From: a virus
DNA: 64,000 nt
Strand: one strand, 5' to 3'
Virus record (IMG/VR): IMGVR_UViG_3300028831_000395
Location: 1-64,000 of that record
Part shown: positions 15,752 through 23,213 of the stretch, piece by piece
Layout of the letters: every line of letters starts with the position of its first letter
Position numbering within the stretch: position 1 is the stretch's first letter
Notes under the pieces: generated by a model
What the model saw: only the letters and a program-made list of their open reading frames with translations
What the model was told of the DNA's origin: nothing
Database searches by the model: none
Program-made: the position numbers and the translations under genes

Positions 15752-17332
15752 GTGGAGTTCTTGCTGACCATCGTGGCGCTCGCGCGGTTCGTGTTCGACA
15801 CGGTCTTCTTGATCGGGCGGGCGGCGTGGGATCACCCGGGGCGCGCGGCGTTCGTGCTCGCGTTCGCGGGCCTGGCCGCGCTCTTCGGCGTGTACGCCGC
15901 CGTCGGTGCGGTCCTGGACCTGATCATCGCCGCGGTCGTGCTGCGGTGGACGCGCAAGCGATGGTGGTTCCGGCTCGTCGGGTGGTGGTGGCGGCCGACG
16001 TGGCGTCGCTGGCGGCACTACGAGCTGCGGTGGCGAGCCGTGATGAAGATGTGCTGGCTGTCGACGGTCGTCGATAACGGCCTCGACGAGTTCCCGCTGA
16101 TCGGCAAGGTGCAGGTAGGCCCGTTCGGCGACGTCCTGCTCGTGCGTGTCCTGATCGGGCAGAAGCTCGCCGATTGGGAGGACCGGGTCGACGAGCTCGC
16201 TACGGCGTGGGGCGCGCAGTCGGTCCGCGCGTTCCCGCACTACCGCGACAAGGCGTACCTGCGTCTGGCGCTGCTCGAGGGCGCCGAGGGTACCCGTCGG
16301 CGCGTGCGCCCGGTGATCCGCCGAGACGGCCCGAAGCGGGTGCCCGGGATCGTGCGGCTAGAGGTCGCCGTGAAGGACCCGCTGTCGGTGCCGGTGCCGC
16401 CGGTGCCGATCCCCGCGACGTCGTCGCAGATCACCTACGAGGCGATCCCGGTCGGCCTGACGGAGAACGGCACGACGTGGACGCTGAAGGTCCGCGGCGC
16501 GCACATCCTGATCGCCGGCCTCACCGGGTCCGGGAAGGGCTCGGTGTTCTGGGCGATCCTGAAGGGCCTGGCGCCGGGGATCAGGGACGGCATCGTCGAG
16601 GTGTGGGCGATCGACCCGAAGGGAGGCATGGAGCTGTACACCGGGCGGCCGCTGTTCACGCGCTACTGCGACTCAAGCGAGGCCGCTATGGCGCAGCTGC
16701 TGGCGCAAGGCGTGACGGAGATCGATCACCGCACGCAGCGCCTCAAGGGCGCGACGCGCAACCACACGCCGACGGTCGAGGAGCCGCTGATCGTGATCCT
16801 CGTCGATGAGTTCGCGTCGCTCATGGTCCCGAAGAGCTCGAGCAAGGAGGACAAGGCGGTCGCCGAGGAGGCGAAGGCCGCCGCGACGATGATCGTCAAT
16901 AAGGGCCGCGCCGTCGGCGTCGTGCTGATCGGGGCGCTGCAGAACCCGCGCAAGCAGGTCGTGGACATGCGCGACGAGTTCCCCGAGCGCGTCGCTATGC
17001 GGCTGCTGTCGGCCGACTACACCGACATGATGTTCTACCGCGGCGCCGCACGGTCGGGCATCCGCTGCGACCTGATCCTGCGGTCGCTGCCGGGCACCGG
17101 GTACGCCTGGTCAGACGACGCCCGCGCGATCGTGAAGGTCCGCGCCGCGTACGTGGACGACGACGAGATCCACGCCCTCGCGCTCGAGTACCAGCCGCCG
17201 AGGGGACCGACGACGATCACCGACGCCGAGCTCGCGGAGTGGCTCGACAAGATCAGCCACGAATCGCACATCGACGAGGTCCTGCACGAGATCGAGGCGA
17301 GCGCCGACGTCGAGGCCGGCGCCGACGACTAG
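15752..17332 (+). CDS. Membrane-anchored FtsK/SpoIIIE-family DNA translocase (TraB/TraSA-like)
   Basis: GTG 15752 lies just after the upstream TAG. Two N-terminal TMs and a W/R-rich segment RWTRKRWWFRLVGWWWRPTWRRW. Walker A GLTGSGKGS, Walker B LIVILVDEFA, and LIGALQNPR. Confidence 0.8.
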   Translation: MEFLLTIVALARFVFDTVFLIGRAAWDHPGRAAFVLAFAGLAALFGVYAAVGAVLDLIIAAVVLRWTRKRWWFRLVGWWWRPTWRRWRHYELRWRAVMKMCWLSTVVDNGLDEFPLIGKVQVGPFGDVLLVRVLIGQKLADWEDRVDELATAWGAQSVRAFPHYRDKAYLRLALLEGAEGTRRRVRPVIRRDGPKRVPGIVRLEVAVKDPLSVPVPPVPIPATSSQITYEAIPVGLTENGTTWTLKVRGAHILIAGLTGSGKGSVFWAILKGLAPGIRDGIVEVWAIDPKGGMELYTGRPLFTRYCDSSEAAMAQLLAQGVTEIDHRTQRLKGATRNHTPTVEEPLIVILVDEFASLMVPKSSSKEDKAVAEEAKAAATMIVNKGRAVGVVLIGALQNPRKQVVDMRDEFPERVAMRLLSADYTDMMFYRGAARSGIRCDLILRSLPGTGYAWSDDARAIVKVRAAYVDDDEIHALALEYQPPRGPTTITDAELAEWLDKISHESHIDEVLHEIEASADVEAGADD

Positions 17333-17375
17333 GTCCGATTGCGTAGGAACGGCAGGCGTCATCACCGCGCATTGC

Positions 17376-17984
17376 CTACGAGCGCGCTTCGTCCCACGTC
17401 AGGATCACGCGGGTGCGGTAGATGCCGCGCGGCGACGCCACCGGGTCGATCGCCATCGTCAGCACCCAATCGCGGTCCTTGTCATCCACGAGCCAGCCGC
17501 CGGTGTAGGCGCGGTGCTGGTAGGTGAGCACGCGGTCAAGCTCGGGGTCCTGGTGCCGCGGCCCGGTCAGCGCGTCGCCGACGGCCTTGGCGATCACCGG
17601 CCGGCGGTTCTCGCTCTCCTGCTCGTCGGGGCGCGGGTAGGACACGACGAGGTGCACCCACAGCGGGCGGAGCGCCGGGACGGGGCGCGTGAGCACCGCG
17701 CCGGGCCCGTAGCTGAGCGCGTCCATCGCCCGCATGAGCTCGCCCTGCCACGACCCCTTCTCGGCGTGGAAGCCCTTCCAGCTCGACCGGATCGCGTTCA
17801 GGTTCACCGACGACGGCGCGCCCGGCAGCACGAACGCGACGCGGCGCCGGCGCATCGCCGGCGTGTCCGCGATCAGCCCGAGGTCCCGTGAGGCGTGCCA
17901 CCACAGCGCGCCCAGCGCGCCGTCCGTCGCCGCGATGCGACGCTCAAGCTCCGCGAGGTCGTCGCCGACAAGGGCGAGCGTCAC
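17376..17984 (-). CDS. RusA-like Holliday-junction resolvase candidate (202 aa)
   Basis: GTG in a GTGA overlap. FVLPGAPSSVN ... ENRRPVIAKAVGDALTG ... GGWLVDDKDRDWV resembles the RusA DxDN..K..DAL..DD pattern. Confidence 0.45.
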   Translation of the reverse strand: MTLALVGDDLAELERRIAATDGALGALWWHASRDLGLIADTPAMRRRRVAFVLPGAPSSVNLNAIRSSWKGFHAEKGSWQGELMRAMDALSYGPGAVLTRPVPALRPLWVHLVVSYPRPDEQESENRRPVIAKAVGDALTGPRHQDPELDRVLTYQHRAYTGGWLVDDKDRDWVLTMAIDPVASPRGIYRTRVILTWDEARS

Positions 17985-18238
17985 GACAGGATCAGCTGCG
18001 CCGGGCTGCGCCCCAGGGTGCGGGCCGGTGCGGGGTCGAGGCTGTGCCACATCGCGAGCGCGGCGTCCCGCGGGCTGCCGGTGACGCCCTGCACGCGCTC
18101 AGGGCCACGCCAGGCGACCCAGAACCACTCCGGCTCCCAATCCCGGGGCAGGGCCTCGGCGGGCCACCTGACGATGTCTATGAAGCCGCCGTGGTGCACG
18201 GTGCCCCACGCTGCGCAGTAGTCGCGACGGCGGCGCAT
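17981..18238 (-). CDS. Trp-rich hypothetical protein, paralogue B (85 aa)
   Basis: MRRRRDYCAAWGTVHHGGFIDIVRWPA..WEPEWFWVAWRGPERVQGVTGSPRDAALAMWH. Paralogue of 8105-8392. Confidence 0.6.
   Translation of the reverse strand: MRRRRDYCAAWGTVHHGGFIDIVRWPAEALPRDWEPEWFWVAWRGPERVQGVTGSPRDAALAMWHSLDPAPARTLGRSPAQLILS
18044..18139. repeat. 96-bp perfect direct repeat, copy B
   Basis: Identical to 8189-8284. Confidence 0.9.
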
Positions 18239-18240
18239 TC

Positions 18241-18933
18241 TTACGCGACGGCGTGGTAGATCGCCGTGATGAGTGGCGCGAGGTCGCTGTAGTAGTGCGC
18301 GGCGACGCTGCCGACGATGACGACGGGGCAGAGCTTGCGCAGCTTCGCCTCGTCGCCATCGTCGATCCAGTGCGGCTTGTCGACGATGTGCAGGCGCTCG
18401 CGGCGCCACGGTCCGAGCATCGGTGAGCCGAGCATTGTGAAGCCGTCTAGGAATGAGTGCAGGGCGCAGCCGATGAACACGCCGAGCGAGGCGAACATGC
18501 CTCCCCACGCGGCGACGGTCCAGACCTGCGTGGGCATCGCCGCGTCCGATCCGGCGTGCTCGGCGAGCGTGACGCCGATGAACCCGACGCCGACGATCGC
18601 GCCGAACGTCAGGACGCCGAGCAGCAGCGCGATCGCGAGCCCGACGGACAGCCAGTGCGTCCACGAGCGGTGGACCTGCAGCTTGCGTAGCCGCCGGTCG
18701 AGGCGATCGTAGAGCCGGCTCGGCTTGCCCTTGCGCTCGACGTGGCGGGCCTGGCGCTTGCGGACGCGGCGCCAGAGCGCGCGCGGCGCCTTCTCGAGGC
18801 GGTCGGGCCACGGCGACGCGATCGACGCCGCAGCGATCGGGATCGCCCACCACACGACGGGCAGCGCGAGCGCTGCGCAGACGACGGCCGCGCCGGCGCC
18901 GCCGGCCGCGGCGTGCGTGTCATTGCCGGGCAC
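18241..18933 (-). CDS. Polytopic membrane protein (230 aa)
   Basis: At least 4 hydrophobic helices; HSFLD motif. Confidence 0.6.
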   Translation of the reverse strand: MPGNDTHAAAGGAGAAVVCAALALPVVWWAIPIAAASIASPWPDRLEKAPRALWRRVRKRQARHVERKGKPSRLYDRLDRRLRKLQVHRSWTHWLSVGLAIALLLGVLTFGAIVGVGFIGVTLAEHAGSDAAMPTQVWTVAAWGGMFASLGVFIGCALHSFLDGFTMLGSPMLGPWRRERLHIVDKPHWIDDGDEAKLRKLCPVVIVGSVAAHYYSDLAPLITAIYHAVA

Positions 18934-19237
18934 GACGAACCCTCGCGAGCAGTCCGCGGCGCGCCGCCGGCGCGGTGAGCGGTGGGATCGCCTCGAGCGC
19001 CTCGAGCACGGCGACGAGCGCGAGGCGCGTGCGGGCCGTGAGGTCGAACAGCTCGACGAGGTCGGGCTCGGAGTGGAAGCACACCCCGAGCTTCGTGAGC
19101 TCGTGCGCGTCCGGTGACACGGTCGGGTCGACCTCGAGGTAGCTGTGCACGAAGTCGTTCGCGCTCGCCGCCGTGGCGATGAGGTCCGGCAGCAGCTCGG
19201 CGAGGCGCGTGACCTCGTCGAGGGTCGGCTTGCGCAT
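18920..19237 (-). CDS. Hypothetical protein (105 aa)
   Basis: Start at MRKPTLDEVTRLAELL (19237); 1-nt TGATG overlap. Confidence 0.5.
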   Translation of the reverse strand: MRKPTLDEVTRLAELLPDLIATAASANDFVHSYLEVDPTVSPDAHELTKLGVCFHSEPDLVELFDLTARTRLALVAVLEALEAIPPLTAPAARRGLLARVRRARQ

Positions 19238-19665
19238 CACTTCTCCGCGGCCTCTAGGACGTAGAACTCGACGGCGCCGGGCGCATCGGGCTTGCACGGC
19301 TCCCACGGGCAGAACTCGCATCGCATGCCGGCGCCGTTCTCGTCGTCGAGGTCCTCGTCGCCGGTGCTGTCGATGAGCCACTCGCCGTCGCCGGTCAGCG
19401 TGGCGAGAGGTCGCCACCACTCCCGCTCGTCGGTCAGCACGAGCTTGACGTCGTCCGGCACGATCGTGCCGTAGCGGTCGAGGTGCTCGACGGCCGCTCG
19501 TGCGGCGGCCTCAAGCCCGCCGGTCGCACGGATCTCGGCGTAGTCGTCGCCCTCGATGAGACGGACCGGGGCGTAGGCGTGCGTCTCGATCATCCCTTCG
19601 TCGGGGGTATCGACTAGCAGGTATGGCTCGTCGTCGTGCGGCCACCATTCGGGACTCGAGATCAT
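19237..19665 (-). CDS. Hypothetical acidic protein (142 aa)
   Basis: Clearly protein-like (MISSPEWWPHDDEPYLLVDTPDEGMIETH...). Confidence 0.6.
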   Translation of the reverse strand: MISSPEWWPHDDEPYLLVDTPDEGMIETHAYAPVRLIEGDDYAEIRATGGLEAAARAAVEHLDRYGTIVPDDVKLVLTDEREWWRPLATLTGDGEWLIDSTGDEDLDDENGAGMRCEFCPWEPCKPDAPGAVEFYVLEAAEK

Positions 19666-20006
19666 CGGGGGTTGGCCTCCTTACAGTTCGCGGCGTGCTC
19701 GTCGGTCGAGCCGGGTCGGTCCATGTGCGGCATGCCGCCGCAGCACCACAGGCGCTTCGGCACGGGCTCGGCGCCGAGCACGATGCGCCAGCGCGGCGGC
19801 AGCTCGTCGAACGGCCCGAGCACGACGACGTCGCTGAGCGTGCATGCGTCGTGATCGGTCTCGTCGAGGAAGAGGTGCGCGGCGTCCGTGATCGCCTCCT
19901 CCTCGTCGGGCGCCTCGAGGAACGCGGCGTGCCCGATCTGCGTTGGTCCGCCGCCGGGATCGGCCGTCGTGACGAGCCACAGCCGCAGCGGGTTTGGCTC
20001 CGTCAT
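19662..20006 (-). CDS. Hypothetical protein (114 aa)
   Basis: ATGA-coupled on both sides. Confidence 0.55.
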   Translation of the reverse strand: MTEPNPLRLWLVTTADPGGGPTQIGHAAFLEAPDEEEAITDAAHLFLDETDHDACTLSDVVVLGPFDELPPRWRIVLGAEPVPKRLWCCGGMPHMDRPGSTDEHAANCKEANPR

Positions 20007-21919
20007 GGCCGGCGCTCCGCGATCTTGTCGGCGTACAGCAGGTAGGCGGGGTGCACGCGCCGGCTGCGCTCCTCGACGAGCCCGAGCGTCTTGAGCTTGC
20101 TCAGGTTCGTGCGGAAGCTGCCGCCGCGGGAGTCCGCGAGCCGCTCGAGTTCGGCGCGGGTGAAGCCCTTGCCGGCGGGCCCGGAGCGCAGCACGACGTC
20201 GAGGACGCGGCGCTGCCCGGCGACGAGCTTGCCGATGTGCTTCGCGATGATCTCGTCGCGTGTCCAGGGCACGCCGACGGCGTCCTGCAGGCCCATCTCG
20301 CGGTCGGCGTAGACGTCGCCCTTGTGCGTGAGCGCGGCGCGCCCGTCGGTCTCCTCGACGAGCCCGGCGGTCTTGAGCGTCGAGAGGTTCGTGCGCATCG
20401 ACCCGCCGTAGGTGTTCGCGAGCGTCTGCAGCTCGTGCCGCGTGAGCGACCCGTAGCGCGCGAGCGCCTCGACGATGCGGCGCGCGCCGGCGACGAGGTC
20501 GGGCCCGGTGCCGTTCGATGTCGCGGCTCTCGCCGGCGACGGGTCACGCTTGACCCGCGGCAGCTCTTCGGTCGGCTCGCGCCGGCGCGGCGGCGGCGGG
20601 CGGCGTGCCTCCTCGTCGGCGCGTGGGAGCGCCGCGATCTCCGCGCCGAGGCCCCCGACGCTCTTCGACAGCGCCGTCGCGGCCTCGAGCAGGTCGGCGA
20701 CGTGCGTCTCGACGTCGTCGTGCGCAGCGCTGACCTTGGCGATGTCGACGGGCGGTCGGTCGAGCAGCTCGCGGACGCGGTCGAGCACCTCCTCGTGGCG
20801 ACCGGACGCGCCGGGGTCCAGGCCGAGGACTGCGGCGATGTCGTCGAGCTCGCCGCGCGAGAGGTTGCGGTCGGCCTGCGCCGCCTCGACCTCGGCGGCG
20901 GCTTCCCGTAGCTCGCTCTCCGAGACCGCGTCCTCGCGTAGGCGCTTGATCTCCCGCTCGAGGTCGGCGATCTGCTCCTTGAGCAGCGTCGGATCGTCGG
21001 CCTTGGCCTCTTCGATCGTGTCGGCCATGAGGTCGCGCAGCGCCTCGAGGTCGGCCTGTGTGTGCGCGGTCGGCACGATCGCCGACTCGCCCGGCGCGAC
21101 GGTCCGGGAGCTGTCGAACGTCTCTTTGGGGCGGATGCGGAAGACGCCCTCGATGCCGAGCGTCGGCGCTGATACGCGCGCGACGCCGCGCTCCAGGCCG
21201 ACGACCTCGGCGCGGATGGCCTTCCAGTCCTCGCCGACGTTCTCGACCCAGCCGCGGAGCTGCGCGAGGTCGTTATTGCCGCGCAGGCGGTGCGCGAACA
21301 TGATCTCGCACAGCTCGAGGACGTCCTTGTGCAGCTTCGCGAGGCGCTGCGTGATAACGAGCACCGACATGCCGCGGCGACGGCCGAGCGCGACGGCGTC
21401 GACCACGGCGCCGAGGCATCGCGCGACGTCGCCGCCCTCGTCGCGGACCGCTTGCGGCGCGAAGCGGTGCGCCTCGTCGATGACGATGAGCACGTGCCCG
21501 CGGATGACCTCGTAGAGCTCGGAGAGGTAATCGCCGACGAACCGCTGTCGCGCGGCCCATGAGCGGAAGTGCGGTCGGTCGAGGTCGAGAACGGGACTGA
21601 CGCCGTGCTCGGCCGTGAGACGCGCGACGGCGCGGCCGGCGGAGTCGTTGAGCGGGATCTCGCCGTGCTCGCCGCCCATGACGACCATGTCCAGGCCGGC
21701 GCGCTTGCCGTCGGCGGAACTCGTGACGCCCCACCATGCGCCGGACGGGTCGATGACGACGACCTGCACGCCGGCCTTGCGTGCCTCCTCGACGACGACG
21801 ACCGCCGTCGAGGTCTTCCCTGTGTCGGTCTGACCGACGACTGCCGTGCGACGCGTCACGAGCTCGAGCGGCAGCGTGAGATCCTCGCCGAGGCGCAGGG
21901 CCTGCGCGGAGGCCGTCAA
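20003..21919 (-). CDS. HerA/FtsK-superfamily (DUF87-like) ATPase with coiled coil and two C-terminal winged-helix repeats
   Basis: Proposed TTG start (TTGA overlap). Walker A VVGQTDTGKTS, VVVIDPSG, Walker B LIVIDEAHRF, VLVITQRL. The C-terminus has two copies of ..TRxELxxLA...GGSxRTNLSxLKTxGLVEE. Confidence 0.7.
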   Translation of the reverse strand: MTASAQALRLGEDLTLPLELVTRRTAVVGQTDTGKTSTAVVVVEEARKAGVQVVVIDPSGAWWGVTSSADGKRAGLDMVVMGGEHGEIPLNDSAGRAVARLTAEHGVSPVLDLDRPHFRSWAARQRFVGDYLSELYEVIRGHVLIVIDEAHRFAPQAVRDEGGDVARCLGAVVDAVALGRRRGMSVLVITQRLAKLHKDVLELCEIMFAHRLRGNNDLAQLRGWVENVGEDWKAIRAEVVGLERGVARVSAPTLGIEGVFRIRPKETFDSSRTVAPGESAIVPTAHTQADLEALRDLMADTIEEAKADDPTLLKEQIADLEREIKRLREDAVSESELREAAAEVEAAQADRNLSRGELDDIAAVLGLDPGASGRHEEVLDRVRELLDRPPVDIAKVSAAHDDVETHVADLLEAATALSKSVGGLGAEIAALPRADEEARRPPPPRRREPTEELPRVKRDPSPARAATSNGTGPDLVAGARRIVEALARYGSLTRHELQTLANTYGGSMRTNLSTLKTAGLVEETDGRAALTHKGDVYADREMGLQDAVGVPWTRDEIIAKHIGKLVAGQRRVLDVVLRSGPAGKGFTRAELERLADSRGGSFRTNLSKLKTLGLVEERSRRVHPAYLLYADKIAERRP

Positions 21920-22269
21920 GACGTCACCCCGCGCTCTTCCGATTCGGGGTCGGTCCCGATGCCGCAGCCGCACGCGTCGGCGAAGTCGTCGGGCGGCGGG
22001 ATGCTCGGCGCGTCCTGTCGGCCGAGGCGCCCAGGTACGACGTGCACGACGAGCGCCGGCGTGCTGCTCATGTGATGCCTGATCCAGCCGTCCCATCGGA
22101 CGCTGAACGGGTGATCGCTGATCCGTACCGTGTGCGAGTGCCCGCCGAGCGCGTGGCAGTCGCCGCGCGTGCACAGCGGGAGACGCGGCGCGTCGTTCGG
22201 GATGCCGCCGTGCCAGACCTCGACGACGGTCGGGATCTGCGCGGGCGCTGCGAGGAGCACGCCCGTCAT
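21916..22269 (-). CDS. Cys/His-rich hypothetical protein (117 aa)
   Basis: CTRGDCHALGGHSHTV ... ACGCG. ATGA-coupled on both sides. Confidence 0.5.
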   Translation of the reverse strand: MTGVLLAAPAQIPTVVEVWHGGIPNDAPRLPLCTRGDCHALGGHSHTVRISDHPFSVRWDGWIRHHMSSTPALVVHVVPGRLGRQDAPSIPPPDDFADACGCGIGTDPESEERGVTS

Positions 22270-23141
22270 CGGAGCGCTTCCAGCTCGAGCAGTGGGTTTC
22301 CGAACTCGTCGGCGCGGCCTTCCCACTCGCGCAGCGCGAACACGCCCGACGAGACCTTCACGAACTCGCCGTCGTCCTTGTCGCTCTTGACGAGGTGACG
22401 CACGATCGTCTGCTCGGGCCGGGCGCCCTTGTAGAGCTTGTCGCCGCCGTTCTCCATCACCCATGCGGCGATCCGCTTGTAGTGCATCGGCTGCTCGGAC
22501 CACTCAAGCGCCCTGCGCATGAGCGCCGCGCCCGGCGACGCCGCGGCGCGCAGCGCGTCGCGGTCGGCCTGGACCTCGGCGAGCTGCCGGCTCATCTCGG
22601 CGACGACCTCGCGGGAGTCCTCGCGCAGCTCGACGACCTTGCGCACGAGCGCGAGCAGGTCGTCGCGGTCCGCCGTCGGCCAGTCGGCGGTGTGGTCGCC
22701 GAGGGTCTGCTGCAGCATCTCTACGGCGTCGCGGACGGCGCGCGGCGTGTTCTGCGCGGGCAGCGCGGGGGTGCCCTCCAGCTTGGCGAGGTCCTTGGCG
22801 TTGGCCCAGATCTTCTCGACGGCGGCGAGCATCCTGGGCACGATGTCGGCCTCGGCGATGACGGGCCCCGCGGCTTGTGGGTGCGCCTTGCCGTCGGGGC
22901 GGTGGTTCATGCCGGCGCGCACGCCGAGCAGGGTGTAGGCGTAGCGGCCCTTCTTGAGGAGCACGCCGTCGGTCACGATGTAGCCGTAGCGACGCATGTC
23001 CTGGATGCGCTGGTGGAACGCCTGGACGCCCGGGACCTGCCCGAGCTGCACGTTGGTGAGGGTGCGGTCGGGCGCCGCCATGAACGCGTTGAGCACGCGC
23101 TCCCAGCCCGGGACGCGGGGCGGATCGGTCGGGTTCGGCAC
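22266..23141 (-). CDS. HARE-HTH domain protein with N-terminal winged helix (291 aa)
   Basis: GTG start after promoter motif copy 6. C-terminus MHYKRIAAWVMENGG...RPEQTIVRHLVKS...FVKVSSGVFALREW is HARE-HTH-like. Confidence 0.6.
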   Translation of the reverse strand: MPNPTDPPRVPGWERVLNAFMAAPDRTLTNVQLGQVPGVQAFHQRIQDMRRYGYIVTDGVLLKKGRYAYTLLGVRAGMNHRPDGKAHPQAAGPVIAEADIVPRMLAAVEKIWANAKDLAKLEGTPALPAQNTPRAVRDAVEMLQQTLGDHTADWPTADRDDLLALVRKVVELREDSREVVAEMSRQLAEVQADRDALRAAASPGAALMRRALEWSEQPMHYKRIAAWVMENGGDKLYKGARPEQTIVRHLVKSDKDDGEFVKVSSGVFALREWEGRADEFGNPLLELEALR

Positions 23142-23166
23142 GTCGGACCTCCGGTCAGGATTGCGA

Positions 23167-23191
23167 GGGGTTGCGCAACACAGTGTAGCGC
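23167..23191 (-). promoter_or_regulatory. Conserved phage promoter/leader motif, copy 6
   Basis: Minus strand reads GCGCTACACTGTGTTGCGCAACCCC. Confidence 0.6.
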
Positions 23192-23213
23192 AACCCGGCG
23201 GATGCGATCCGTC

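Noticed and set aside
17333-17375. Possible terminator between the convergent TraB-like gene and the RusA-like gene.
   Set aside because: Only short, imperfect complementarity (CGTAGG ... CCTACG with a long loop). This is not convincing enough to annotate.
21916-22269. The GGHSHT motif suggested a metallophosphoesterase.
   Set aside because: The protein is only 117 aa and lacks the N-terminal GDxHG / GDxxDR / GNHE motifs. I kept it as a Cys/His-rich hypothetical.
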